From positions 5,005-69,004 of the IMG/VR virus record IMGVR_UViG_3300037454_000507: a stretch of DNA of 64,000 nucleotides; one strand, given 5' to 3'. Each line of letters begins with the position of its first letter. Within the stretch, counting starts at the first letter, position 1. The notes under the pieces are model-generated. The model did no database searches. It saw only the letters and a list, made by a program, of their open reading frames with translations, and was not told the origin of the DNA. The DNA is from a virus (lineage: Duplodnaviria > Caudoviricetes). Shown one piece after another: positions 19,131-28,999 of the stretch. The position numbers were made by a program, and so were the translations under genes.

Positions 19131-19931
19131 ATGAAAACACTTAAAGATATATTTGATGAAACATTCAAGCCTATTAGTCTTTCAGAATCTGAAGATTTTA
19201 ATAACTTCTTGACGGAAGAGGCTGATTTTACGCCAGTTCCGGTTATTAGCGAAGCTGACGACCCGTTTGGCGGTGATGATACGGCCGGCGGCGGTGATGC
19301 TGGAGGAGATGCAGGTGGAGACGTCGGTGGTGACGCTGGTGGCGATCCGTTTGGCGGAGATGCTGGCGGAGCTGATCCGTTTGGCGGTCCAGATGGTGGT
19401 GCCGGTGGTGGCGGAGCTGGTGGCGGTGCTGGCGGAGAAGGCGGTGCAGCTGCTGGTGAAGATAAGGATAAGGACGAGGATGAAGATACTGTTGATTTCG
19501 ATGCTCATGAAGATGACCCGGAATTTAACCAAGGAACAAATAATCCGAACGACGTAACTTTGTCTGATACTCCGGGTGCAAAGGCAGTATTTGATATTGA
19601 AAATATCATGAAGACTGTAACTGCTGTAATCCAGACTCTCAGTGAAGACCAGTTGGTTGAAATTAATAAGGTTAAGGCTTGTATCGAGCTCATCTTTAAC
19701 GGCAAGCTTCTCAATGAAGAAGATTTAGAGTTTGAAAATATTAAGAACGCTATATTCTTGGTCAAGAAGATTTCCGCTAAGCTTGATATTAAGGCTAGGG
19801 CATATTTGAACAGAAAGCTCAAGGAACCGTTGATTAAGAAACGCGATAAGATTAAGCAAGACATTGCTTCTAAGAAGGGTGAACTTAATAATACGCGTGA
19901 TTTATTAACGAAACTTGATACGGAAGTTTAA
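19131..19931 (+). CDS. Acidic hypothetical protein with Gly/Asp low-complexity repeats
   Basis: DPFGG occurs three times and GGD(A/V)GG is repeated; CTS-like N-terminus MKTLKDIFDE. Confidence 0.65.
   Translation: MKTLKDIFDETFKPISLSESEDFNNFLTEEADFTPVPVISEADDPFGGDDTAGGGDAGGDAGGDVGGDAGGDPFGGDAGGADPFGGPDGGAGGGGAGGGAGGEGGAAAGEDKDKDEDEDTVDFDAHEDDPEFNQGTNNPNDVTLSDTPGAKAVFDIENIMKTVTAVIQTLSEDQLVEINKVKACIELIFNGKLLNEEDLEFENIKNAIFLVKKISAKLDIKARAYLNRKLKEPLIKKRDKIKQDIASKKGELNNTRDLLTKLDTEV
19258..19455 (+). repeat. In-frame GGD/DPFGG coding repeats
   Basis: Repeated ccgtttggcgg and ggtggcg/ggcggtg units. Confidence 0.7.
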
Positions 19932-19935
19932 AAAG

Positions 19936-19962
19936 AAAACCGGTTGAAAAACCGGTTTTTTA
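19936..19962. terminator. Bidirectional terminator between convergent genes
   Basis: AAAACCGGTT-gaaa-AACCGGTTTT. Confidence 0.8.
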
Positions 19963-19978
19963 TTTTATTTAATTTTTA

Positions 19979-20443
19979 TTAGGTTAAATCGAACATTGGA
20001 AGTTCATCTTTAGGTTCTTCGACAGATTTAGCCTTTTTCTTTTTCGTAGGTTTTGTTTCTTCGACAACCGGAGTTTCGACAACATCTTCAACAACAGGTT
20101 CTTCTACGATCGGCGCAGTTTCTTCAACTACTGGTTCAACCTGTACCTGCTCAGATTCTTCCTTTGCCTTTTTATCAGCTTTGAGCTTTGCGATAAATTC
20201 TTCATATTCCTGTTCGAATGTATCAAGAGCAATTTGCTGTTGTACATTTTTACGTGTCGGGAACGGACGAAAACTGCGTGCTGCAGGAATAATCGGTTCT
20301 GGAATTTCAGGGTGAATAAGCTTAAGATGTTCAACATCCTGTTGTGAATAGTTAGGCGTTGTATCTCTGCGATAGCGTTCAGCGAATCTATTTTGAAGAT
20401 TCTGCTTAAAAAGCATATATTGTGTATTTACATGTCTTGCCAT
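19979..20443 (-). CDS. Hypothetical protein with Glu/Val/Pro-rich tail
   Basis: 154-aa ORF with VVEE/PVVE repeats. Confidence 0.6.
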   Translation of the reverse strand: MARHVNTQYMLFKQNLQNRFAERYRRDTTPNYSQQDVEHLKLIHPEIPEPIIPAARSFRPFPTRKNVQQQIALDTFEQEYEEFIAKLKADKKAKEESEQVQVEPVVEETAPIVEEPVVEDVVETPVVEETKPTKKKKAKSVEEPKDELPMFDLT

Positions 20444-20456
20444 GGTTTATTTTTCC

Positions 20457-20834
20457 TTATTTTATATGATTCAAAATCGTTTCTGGTACATTATGTACGA
20501 TATATCCAGGAGGATTTGCCTTATTTCCCTTTTCGATTCTTAATGTATAGAGATTAACTCCGTCGATAGGGTCTGATTGTCCCATTATCCTATAAAGACA
20601 TTTATCGTCCTTGATATTGCTAACGACACATTCATTAATTTCAAACGGGCGTACGGTATAGTCTACGGTATATTCAGAAAATTCTTCAACTTCCGCAGGT
20701 TCCTGACTTAACGTTTTTGCACGTTTTACGCCGTCTGCTAATTTACGAGCTACCCAGTCAGGGCAAGTCTTTGCCTTGATTACGTCTCTCATAGTTTCCA
20801 TGAGGATATTTAGTTGCTGGGTTTTTAAATCCAT
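20457..20834 (-). CDS. Hypothetical protein
   Basis: 125-aa ORF coupled to its neighbour. Confidence 0.55.
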   Translation of the reverse strand: MDLKTQQLNILMETMRDVIKAKTCPDWVARKLADGVKRAKTLSQEPAEVEEFSEYTVDYTVRPFEINECVVSNIKDDKCLYRIMGQSDPIDGVNLYTLRIEKGNKANPPGYIVHNVPETILNHIK

Positions 20835-21121
20835 TAGTGTCTCACTAAGCGTCTTTTCTTTTTCTTTTTCTTTTTAATCTGCTTTAACCAGTATTCCGGG
20901 TGATGTGCATCCGGAACGCCTTTGTAAAGCGGGTTGACAGAATACGGGGATCTTTGATAAAGAAGTCCCATACGCTGCGGACAACATCCCTTACAGTCGC
21001 CGCCGTGAGGAATGCCTTGGTCTAGGCCGCAAGGAGAACCAACGCCCATTGAGAAATCTTCATTGAGCTGGACTTCGTAGCCGTTTTCTTCTAAAATTTC
21101 TAAAGCTTCGTCTAAAGTCAT
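20834..21121 (-). CDS. Small basic protein containing a copy of a major-capsid N-terminal segment
   Basis: EDFSMGVGSPCGLDQGIPHGGDCKG is 20/25 identical to gp23 aa 54-78; the protein ends in a K7RR tail. Confidence 0.75.
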   Translation of the reverse strand: MTLDEALEILEENGYEVQLNEDFSMGVGSPCGLDQGIPHGGDCKGCCPQRMGLLYQRSPYSVNPLYKGVPDAHHPEYWLKQIKKKKKKKRRLVRH

Positions 21122-21141
21122 AAGTTATTTATTTTTCCTTT

Positions 21142-21411
21142 TTAATAGGCGTCATATTCGCGCCAAGATGATTTTAAAAATTCTTCTCTAGTTCTTGTAT
21201 ATTGTTTGCCGTTATATTCTACGATTACGTTATTGCCGACTGTTTCTTTGATTATTACCTTGATTGGACAGCAAGCTTTTACTTCTTTGATATGCGTCCA
21301 GTATCTGCCGCCGACTTCGATTGTGAATCCGTATCTATCGAATTCTCTCATGTTTCTTTTTTCGCATTCTGGACATGGTACCGGAGGTGGTGGAGGCGGA
21401 TAATAATACAT
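21142..21411 (-). CDS. Hypothetical protein with poly-Pro and CPEC
   Basis: 89-aa ORF. Confidence 0.5.
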   Translation of the reverse strand: MYYYPPPPPPVPCPECEKRNMREFDRYGFTIEVGGRYWTHIKEVKACCPIKVIIKETVGNNVIVEYNGKQYTRTREEFLKSSWREYDAY

Positions 21412-21412
21412 G

Positions 21413-21952
21413 TTAATGTTTCCTTAAAATTGTGTCCAACTCGTCGTTGAGCCTGTGAATGATATATTGTTTAGATAGGCTTTCAGTATTGGTAAGGCAG
21501 TTCTGAAGACGGATGTCACCCATAGCGCTGCTCAGCCAGTTGACTGACATTAGGCATGACATTCTGGGTTTCAGCCATTCCCTGAGCTTGAACATAAGTA
21601 GGTCAAGGTTGGAAATAGCATCTTCTTCCTGCTGGTTTGCCGGATTTCTGACAAGCTTACCGTTCTTGTCGATAAGACCTAATTTAAAGGCTTTCGTTTT
21701 TGAAGGAATCGTCGTAATCGATTTTAAAAATATGTAGACAAGAATATTGTCTATAGTCCTGTTGTGGTTTGTAAGGCTTATTTTCTTATTTTTGATTTTA
21801 AGCGATTTAACAGTCTTACGTGCTTCTGTAAGAATGTTATTTGCTTCAAGATAGTCAGAAATCGTCTCCGCGTTATTCACGAGACGAGAAAGCCCTTTGA
21901 CAGGGTTTGGATCTTCAAGAGAATAGTAGAATCGTTCCCATAGTTTTTCCAT
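21413..21952 (-). CDS. Conserved T4-like hypothetical protein
   Basis: The KTKAFKLGLIDKNGK...LDLLMFKLR motif is recognisable from T4-like phage hypotheticals. Leaderless late start. Confidence 0.6.
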   Translation of the reverse strand: MEKLWERFYYSLEDPNPVKGLSRLVNNAETISDYLEANNILTEARKTVKSLKIKNKKISLTNHNRTIDNILVYIFLKSITTIPSKTKAFKLGLIDKNGKLVRNPANQQEEDAISNLDLLMFKLREWLKPRMSCLMSVNWLSSAMGDIRLQNCLTNTESLSKQYIIHRLNDELDTILRKH

Positions 21953-21955
21953 ACA

Positions 21956-21969
21956 TTATTTATAAATAA
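21956..21969. promoter_or_regulatory. Palindromic bidirectional late promoter TTATTTATAAATAA
   Basis: Perfect 14-bp palindrome containing TATAAATA on both strands, between divergent genes. Confidence 0.75.
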
Positions 21970-21976
21970 TTTTACT

Positions 21977-22834
21977 ATGGGTATAGAATGTAAAATATGT
22001 CACTGCTGGTTTAACGACGTCAACGAATTGACGTTGCATATACGAAGAGACCATAAGATAACGGTTCAATCATATTATGACACATATGTTAAGAAACCGG
22101 ACGAAGGTAAATGTAAAAATTGCGGGACACCGACAAAATTTAACGGGTATAGTAAAGGCTATGCAGAGTTCTGTTCGGTATCGTGCGCCAGGACGAAACA
22201 GGTTGAAGACCAGGCTTCAGAATATACGTGTGCGATATGCGATGAAGTAATCCATGGAAAGAATGTGAGAGCTACGATGATAGCTTTTGCGACTCATATT
22301 CGAAATGCACATGGAATTTATGAACCAAGATTGTATTATGACAAATTCGTTAAGAAAGAAGACGAAGGAAAATGCCCGATTTGCGGAAAAGATACGAAGT
22401 TTAATTCTATTTCGAAAGGATATGACCAGTATTGTTCTGTAGAATGTGCTGCAGCTGGCGCAAAGCAGGATGAGAATTCTCATAATTCAAAAGTTCATCT
22501 GACAGCAGTGCTTAAAGAAAAAGCAAGAAATTTTGCGGAGAAAGTTGCTGAAAAATACCGTAACTTTTTGCATAAAGAAAAGAAATCAGGTTTTTCTGAT
22601 GTTCGTGAAAATACGATTGTACAAGAAAATATAAATGATGAAAGATTGGTCGAGACTGTTGATGGAAGTATAGCACAGGTTAAAACTGAAATATCTATGT
22701 CGACACAGCGAGATCCATGGATGGGAACTCAGACTAAATATACTCCGAAATTAGAAAATTGCTATAAAAATCCGTATTTTGATGAAATCATAGACGATGG
22801 CGAAGGTATCAACGAGACAGAGTGGTGTCGGTAA
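21977..22834 (+). CDS. Tandem Zn-finger protein (two C2H2 + CxxC/CxxxC modules), no nuclease domain seen
   Basis: CKICH...HIRRDH...YYDTYVKKPDEGKCKNCG...FCSVSCA is repeated as CAICD...HIRNAH...YYDKFVKKEDEGKCPICG...YCSVECA. Confidence 0.75.
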   Translation: MGIECKICHCWFNDVNELTLHIRRDHKITVQSYYDTYVKKPDEGKCKNCGTPTKFNGYSKGYAEFCSVSCARTKQVEDQASEYTCAICDEVIHGKNVRATMIAFATHIRNAHGIYEPRLYYDKFVKKEDEGKCPICGKDTKFNSISKGYDQYCSVECAAAGAKQDENSHNSKVHLTAVLKEKARNFAEKVAEKYRNFLHKEKKSGFSDVRENTIVQENINDERLVETVDGSIAQVKTEISMSTQRDPWMGTQTKYTPKLENCYKNPYFDEIIDDGEGINETEWCR

Positions 22835-22872
22835 TATTATAAATAATATAAAAATAAAAGGCTTAAATAAAT

Positions 22873-25800
22873 ATGGATATTGAAAAGAAGTTTATATTTA
22901 CCGATGAAGGTCGTAATCTTTTAATTTCACAAGAAGGCGGTATAAGATTTGCCGTTCTTGGTGGACTTCTTATCCAAGGACTTACACCGAAAGAAAATCT
23001 TGAAGATTTTTATGATACTTATAGACATTTGACGCTTGAAACCTTGCTAGAAGGCGGTACTCTCGGTAATATCGAGCTTGACGGCGTTATGCTCGGTTTA
23101 CGTGGAATCGATTATGTATCGAGAGGAAACGGTAATGTTGCTCCTTCCGATGAAGACGCATATAATGCTGCATTGAATGAAATACAGAACCATTTGTATG
23201 GCACATTTTATATGCCGAACAGGGAATTGCAGAGTGATAGCGGTTCACATTATGGAACTTATGAATTCAGTTTCGAAGCTTCTGACTTTGCATGGGATAG
23301 AGTTAATGACGTTTCATTTGGAATGATTGCATTGATTGGTAAGCAATATGCAGAGACGAACGATGCAGTATTTAATGTTGATAATACACAGAAGCCTGTT
23401 ATTGTCGGTTTAGCCCAGCTTCCTGGTTCTTATGACGGTATGGTTTTTGACGGTGGTGTTCAGTTCCTTGCTGAACGAGAAGACTTTACGGCCTTTAAGC
23501 TTCAAATTCAATTTACATTAACAGACCAAGATACAGAAAATGCTTCTATCACTGATGAAAATTATCGTGAAATGACCGCTAAGATGTCTATCGTAAATGA
23601 CGGACTCAAGACTATGGAAGATATTCATATTGTTGATACGAATCAACCGTCACAGACTTTGGCTGCATTGAATGCTAATCTTGAATCGAACCCTGATGTT
23701 GATTTATATGTAGGCGGAAATGGAAGCATGGCTACATCTCGTACATTGATGATTGCTGATCCGTATAATGCGACAGAAGTTGAAAACCAGTGGAATGCCG
23801 CAGCACAGATGCATATTGTCAATAAGAAAGTCAACATTCCGAAAACAGAAGACGGTGTATCTATTGACAATATGATGTATAAAGAACAGATTGTTCTTAC
23901 CACATTGGAAGAACCGAGTTCTTTGTCAAATGAAAGTCTTTCCGCATATTATGCAGGCATAATGCTCCGCGGTTCGGGTAATGAAATTAGCGGTTATACT
24001 AATATGGGTGCGGGTCCTTCTGTTATCCCTGTTATGCCGCCTGACTTAGAAACTCATGCACAAATTACTGCATTTACGGCAGAATATCAGGGAAATATTC
24101 CGGATTTTACGGCAACAAGTGCAATTTATTATTCCGGTGTAGAAGGTCCAGTATTTAGACAGTGTGCAGTACCTGAATATGATACATATGCAGTTGATAT
24201 TTTCGGTATTGAAAATAAGATTCTTGATTCGAATAATCTTGATAAATTTATTTTCTCACAGCGAAATGTTACATTGAATCCTGCAGGATTAGATGAATAC
24301 GGATATGATGAAGACGATGCTGTAAATTACGGTTATAATGTTGTAATAGATTCAGATGAAAACTATATGAACGGTAATACGAATAATACGTTTATTCGTT
24401 CTAACGGAAATTTTTTGTTTGATAATTCTAATTGCAACTTAATGATTGGCTCCGACAAGAATCTTTTTACAAGTGGTGCAAATACTAATATTGTTTTTGG
24501 TTCTGATTTTAATATCTTCACTGACGAAAATACGCAAAGAAATATTGTAATTGGTGGACAAGAAAATTATATTGACGGTGCGTCGAACTGTATTTATTTC
24601 GGAGGTACTGGATTAAAGAGTTTTGGTAATCCTGATATGCTTCTCATGGGTAAATTTAACGCCATGACTGATGCAGCATGGGTTTACGGTAATGGTTCTG
24701 ATATTTTACACCGTCACAATGCATTTGAACTTTATCCAGATGCTGGTGAGCTGAAACTTTATACACCGAAAGGCGATGTTTCTATTACGCTTGGTGGTAC
24801 TAAAGGTATTGAATTAGGCACATCACAGATATTAAGGGCCAATCGTGCACATATCGACCAAATTAAAGTAAGAGATATAACATTAACAACCGATCTTGAA
24901 AGTAGTAACGCACAAACTGCTGGTATAAGGTCTATGGGTAATTATACAGATCTGTGGATGCAAAATATACCAAATTCTACAGATACGACAAGACATTCAT
25001 TAAAGTATAATGAAAGTAATAATGGTATTTTTACATTATATAGTGAACTTTTGTCAACTTATACTAAAAATGAATATGTAAATATTCAGGCAGGACATTC
25101 TGAATTTTTTGTTAATAGTAATAATCATAAGTATTATACTTTGATTAATATGAGTATGGATGCAACCAATACTCCAGTTGTAGCTAATGACTCCCGTATT
25201 GAACTTGTCGACCAGTATGGAACCTTGGCAAAAAATATTATTACACCGGATAGTATCAGACTTGTTAACGGATCTACGGAAAGCGTACTTAATGCTGAAA
25301 AAATTCAGCAATATGATACTGTAGTTAATGGTAATTATGTAAAGGCATGTGCTGATATATTTGTTTGGGGTAGCAGTAAAACAGATTGGCAAGTTGGTGT
25401 TAAGAGATTTAACGGCTCAGAAAATGTTAAGACCTGGCTTAAAAATATTTTCCAAAATGCACCACCGATTATTTATTCAAATACGGGTGCACCAAATTAT
25501 ACTAATGGTTTTTATTATTGTTATAAACCGTCTGATGCGACATATACTGATGTCTTGGTTGATGCAAGCGACTTTACGGCATTGACGACATTTACTAGCC
25601 GTACAAATAATAATGGTAACGGCGGGACAGATAGCGCTTTACGTAGAGATGATGATACTATCGCATTAAGAAGTCTAGTTCCACAAACATTTGGCTTGGA
25701 TGAACTCGAAATAAATCTTTATGTTCATAGTTTTGGTTTATGTGCATTTATTTGGGAACCGTATGTAGCCAATAGTTCACAGAAAGTACCTAAGATTTCT

Positions 25801-26013
25801 GTTACTATAAGAAACGATGAATCTAATTCTACCATGGGATTATATGTATATCGTAATACGGATTATACTACAACAGGTAATCCACAATTTAAAGAATATT
25901 TGCGCGATAATGAAATACCGTTAAAATTAACGATGACGCCTCAAGCATTGGATATTCCGGTAACAGAAAGTAATCCGATTGGATGGTGGGTCGATAACGG
26001 TTTTGTATCATAA
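22873..26013 (+). CDS. Putative tail fibre / baseplate-attached fibre protein (1046 aa)
   Basis: N-terminal FIFTDEGRNLL (fibre attachment-like) and SN.N..IG..N.I beta-roll-like repeats around aa 490-590. Confidence 0.55.
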   Translation: MDIEKKFIFTDEGRNLLISQEGGIRFAVLGGLLIQGLTPKENLEDFYDTYRHLTLETLLEGGTLGNIELDGVMLGLRGIDYVSRGNGNVAPSDEDAYNAALNEIQNHLYGTFYMPNRELQSDSGSHYGTYEFSFEASDFAWDRVNDVSFGMIALIGKQYAETNDAVFNVDNTQKPVIVGLAQLPGSYDGMVFDGGVQFLAEREDFTAFKLQIQFTLTDQDTENASITDENYREMTAKMSIVNDGLKTMEDIHIVDTNQPSQTLAALNANLESNPDVDLYVGGNGSMATSRTLMIADPYNATEVENQWNAAAQMHIVNKKVNIPKTEDGVSIDNMMYKEQIVLTTLEEPSSLSNESLSAYYAGIMLRGSGNEISGYTNMGAGPSVIPVMPPDLETHAQITAFTAEYQGNIPDFTATSAIYYSGVEGPVFRQCAVPEYDTYAVDIFGIENKILDSNNLDKFIFSQRNVTLNPAGLDEYGYDEDDAVNYGYNVVIDSDENYMNGNTNNTFIRSNGNFLFDNSNCNLMIGSDKNLFTSGANTNIVFGSDFNIFTDENTQRNIVIGGQENYIDGASNCIYFGGTGLKSFGNPDMLLMGKFNAMTDAAWVYGNGSDILHRHNAFELYPDAGELKLYTPKGDVSITLGGTKGIELGTSQILRANRAHIDQIKVRDITLTTDLESSNAQTAGIRSMGNYTDLWMQNIPNSTDTTRHSLKYNESNNGIFTLYSELLSTYTKNEYVNIQAGHSEFFVNSNNHKYYTLINMSMDATNTPVVANDSRIELVDQYGTLAKNIITPDSIRLVNGSTESVLNAEKIQQYDTVVNGNYVKACADIFVWGSSKTDWQVGVKRFNGSENVKTWLKNIFQNAPPIIYSNTGAPNYTNGFYYCYKPSDATYTDVLVDASDFTALTTFTSRTNNNGNGGTDSALRRDDDTIALRSLVPQTFGLDELEINLYVHSFGLCAFIWEPYVANSSQKVPKISVTIRNDESNSTMGLYVYRNTDYTTTGNPQFKEYLRDNEIPLKLTMTPQALDIPVTESNPIGWWVDNGFVS

Positions 26014-26032
26014 AAATAAAATAGTAAAAAAT

Positions 26033-26060
26033 AAATCCCGTAGAAAACTACGGGATTTTT
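26033..26060. terminator. Bidirectional terminator
   Basis: AAATCCCGTAG-aaaa-CTACGGGATTT between convergent genes. Confidence 0.8.
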
Positions 26061-26078
26061 AATTATAATTAATTTTAA

Positions 26079-28889
26079 TTATTCCTGATAATATTGTACA
26101 TTAATGATATTTCTGAGACATGCTCTTTCCATTTGCGTACTGAAATTGGTGATATTATTGTTATTATCTAATATCGAGTCACAGATACCAGGTTTAATCT
26201 TTGGATATATGTCCATGATAAGGTTCGTTGCATGGCTCCATGCATCGCCCATAATGTCGGTAGTATCTGTAATTGTAGGATAATATGTTTTGATGATATA
26301 AGGTACGACATAATTCCAGAAAGAATTTTCAGAAAGCGTTTTATTTTCATCCATTATAATGTTACCTTTACGCATGATACTTTCATCACGTGTATCAGTA
26401 GTATATGTAGTGACCGTATATGGAAGATTTATAGCACGCTGGGCAGAATTAGTCGTATAGAGGTCTTTTTCAAGCCAGTTTTTGATGAATGCCTGAATCT
26501 TACGAATATCATATGTACTTAAGCCGTATTCTTCCGTTTTATATTCAGAAAAATCAGATGTACTATAATAAGAGTTTTCGTCCGGTATGGTAAATACGAA
26601 TTCACTAATACCATCGATAACTTTGACACCGTTAATTACAGAAGCATTCTTATATCTGATATGACCGTCTTCGCCTTGTGCCTGTACTGAACGCGGCGTA
26701 AGAACAATGAAATTATTGTCAGCAGAAACTTCACCAGAGAAACTATAATGTCTAGTTTCGACTTGGAATCCAGTATTTTTAAACCCTTCCCAATAATAAG
26801 TCATATCAAGTTCGATAGTTCTATTTTCGAACATTTTTAGATTAAGCTTATTACCATAGGCATCTGTATTAGGAATTTTCAACTTATTCCACCAGCCAAG
26901 ACCATATTTGTCTATAAATTGTTCATCTTTAGTAAGTCCGCCAGGTTCTTCAGTAAATTGGTTAATTGCACTCGTATACGTATCGAGCGATTTATCCTGA
27001 ATGAATTCATAATTCGGCGTACGTGAAGCATTCCAGTAATATTTGCTATCCATTGACTTGACAATAGAAGAAATTTTGAAGTCAATGTCAGTGGAAACCG
27101 TAGCAGGATGTTCGTTATACAGCTTAATGATTTCAGATTTATAAATTTTTCTATGAGTAGCGATACGAGAATCAAGATATTCATATACCTTGTTCTTCAT
27201 TTCAGTCATATAGGCTTCAATATCAGTTAACGGCTTGACATAAACTGTACCGACCGCATCGAAGTATTGGATATATGGCGGAAGCGAGAAAATGACAGAG
27301 TTAATTTCAGAATTAAACTGGCAATTCTTGTTTATTAGTTGAATATTTCTCAACCACTGGTCATCTGCGGTGTTGTTATATTGAGTATTATAGAAACTGC
27401 TGTAAGAGAACAAGAATTTGATATAGTCAGGAAGATGTTCGAGATATTTGTCGCCGTAAAGCGAGAAGGCATCGACAGCTTCAAAATTAGTTTCTGTCAA
27501 TACATTTCGAATATCCCAGTTACCGTTAGTATTCTTGAGATATACGTGGCCAGCCAAACAATAGATAATATTATTCTGGCAAAGCGGGTGTTTAATTCCA
27601 AGAGTATCTTCAATATCATGCTGGCCGAATACCATTGCAGTCTGTACAGAAATCGGACTCGTCAAAGCACGGAAATAAGACATGTAGTCGTCACGAGTAA
27701 TAAGTTTACCGCGAGATGAGAAATATGCCGGAGCATTAATCTTCATGCTTGCCTGACTTTCGAAGTCGTCACCACCATAAATATCTGAATTTATAATAAA
27801 TTGAATATTGTTGGTCAATGAGACAATACTTCCGTTGACAGAAGCATTTATCTGGTTGTTATGAGTCATTACAGAACCGTTTACGCCGACCGTATTGGCT
27901 TCTTTACCCTTTGTAGAAAGATATTTGACATAAAGGTTATCTTTATCAGTCTTTAAGCCGATTTTTGCAATATTCGGTTCAGAACTGAACGTGACACGAA
28001 CAGTTTTATCTGGATTAGTATCTATCAGGCATACAGGAAGCGGGCCGTTAGCCGGAAGTCTGCCAGCCAGGTTTACAATATCTTCATTAAGATAGATTGA
28101 CTGGGTTTCAATGGTATAAAGATTTTCTTTATTGAATGCGTCGATTTCATCTGCACCGATACCGACTTGACACCAACTTATTTCTGGTAAATAAACATTT
28201 TCAGCGAAAGCATACGGATCACGTTTACCGTACCAGTTAGAGAACGAAATATCGTCAATATCATAGAACTGACACGGTTCGCCGAGTTTCTTCATATTGG
28301 CGGTACCGAGAAATTCTACAATCTTTTGCTCTGCCTGGAAACATTTAATCGGGGTAATATTATTCGTATTATAAAGGTTCATGCCGATAAGCGGAATGTA
28401 TTCGGAGTGTTCTTGCGGAACGGCAAATGTAAGGTCTTTATACCAGTCTGAAGATTCGCCGTTTGCAATATCTTCGTCAGTGAATACATAACTATATCCG
28501 CTGTCGAGAATATACGGATTACCATTGAAAGTAAGTTTCGTAGTTTCTTTGTTGAAGAAAATTTCTGTACCTGAAACCAAAGTTTTCGGAAGGGGACCTT
28601 TGATACGGATAATGAGGTCACAACGTGCCGGGATAGGACGTCTTGGATTATATCCAAGGTTTTTACAGTGCTTGATTATACTGGAATCGAGCTTTGCAGT
28701 CGAAATAAAACCTTCTTCAGCAGTACGTTGGATATAAAAGTTAGTCATGTCGGTAACGGCGGCAAGCATTTCAGTGAACATGCCGAAAATCGTCGCCGAG
28801 GTTATGTTTTTAAAGCGAGGATCTGATTTTAACCTTGCTTGAAATTGCTGTACAAGCTGATTATATGTAACGTTCAAGTAATTAAGCAT
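26079..28889 (-). CDS. gp6: Baseplate wedge protein (gp6-like)
   Basis: YNQLVQQFQARL...MLAAVTDMTNFY...EEGFISTAKLDSSI...NLGYNP; GGDDFES...KINAP...LITRDDY. Confidence 0.85.
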   Translation of the reverse strand: MLNYLNVTYNQLVQQFQARLKSDPRFKNITSATIFGMFTEMLAAVTDMTNFYIQRTAEEGFISTAKLDSSIIKHCKNLGYNPRRPIPARCDLIIRIKGPLPKTLVSGTEIFFNKETTKLTFNGNPYILDSGYSYVFTDEDIANGESSDWYKDLTFAVPQEHSEYIPLIGMNLYNTNNITPIKCFQAEQKIVEFLGTANMKKLGEPCQFYDIDDISFSNWYGKRDPYAFAENVYLPEISWCQVGIGADEIDAFNKENLYTIETQSIYLNEDIVNLAGRLPANGPLPVCLIDTNPDKTVRVTFSSEPNIAKIGLKTDKDNLYVKYLSTKGKEANTVGVNGSVMTHNNQINASVNGSIVSLTNNIQFIINSDIYGGDDFESQASMKINAPAYFSSRGKLITRDDYMSYFRALTSPISVQTAMVFGQHDIEDTLGIKHPLCQNNIIYCLAGHVYLKNTNGNWDIRNVLTETNFEAVDAFSLYGDKYLEHLPDYIKFLFSYSSFYNTQYNNTADDQWLRNIQLINKNCQFNSEINSVIFSLPPYIQYFDAVGTVYVKPLTDIEAYMTEMKNKVYEYLDSRIATHRKIYKSEIIKLYNEHPATVSTDIDFKISSIVKSMDSKYYWNASRTPNYEFIQDKSLDTYTSAINQFTEEPGGLTKDEQFIDKYGLGWWNKLKIPNTDAYGNKLNLKMFENRTIELDMTYYWEGFKNTGFQVETRHYSFSGEVSADNNFIVLTPRSVQAQGEDGHIRYKNASVINGVKVIDGISEFVFTIPDENSYYSTSDFSEYKTEEYGLSTYDIRKIQAFIKNWLEKDLYTTNSAQRAINLPYTVTTYTTDTRDESIMRKGNIIMDENKTLSENSFWNYVVPYIIKTYYPTITDTTDIMGDAWSHATNLIMDIYPKIKPGICDSILDNNNNITNFSTQMERACLRNIINVQYYQE

Positions 28890-28999
28890 CTATAACCTTC
28901 AATTTTTATATTATTTATAGTATTTGGAATAGATGCAAAGAAAATGACATAATCAAATGGAGGATATTATAAATAATACAAAACAGTTAAGGTATAAAC

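Noticed and set aside
19258-19455. CRISPR-like or DGR repeat
   Set aside because: The repeats are in-frame, degenerate and coding, with no spacer periodicity. No CRISPR array or reverse transcriptase was seen in the window.
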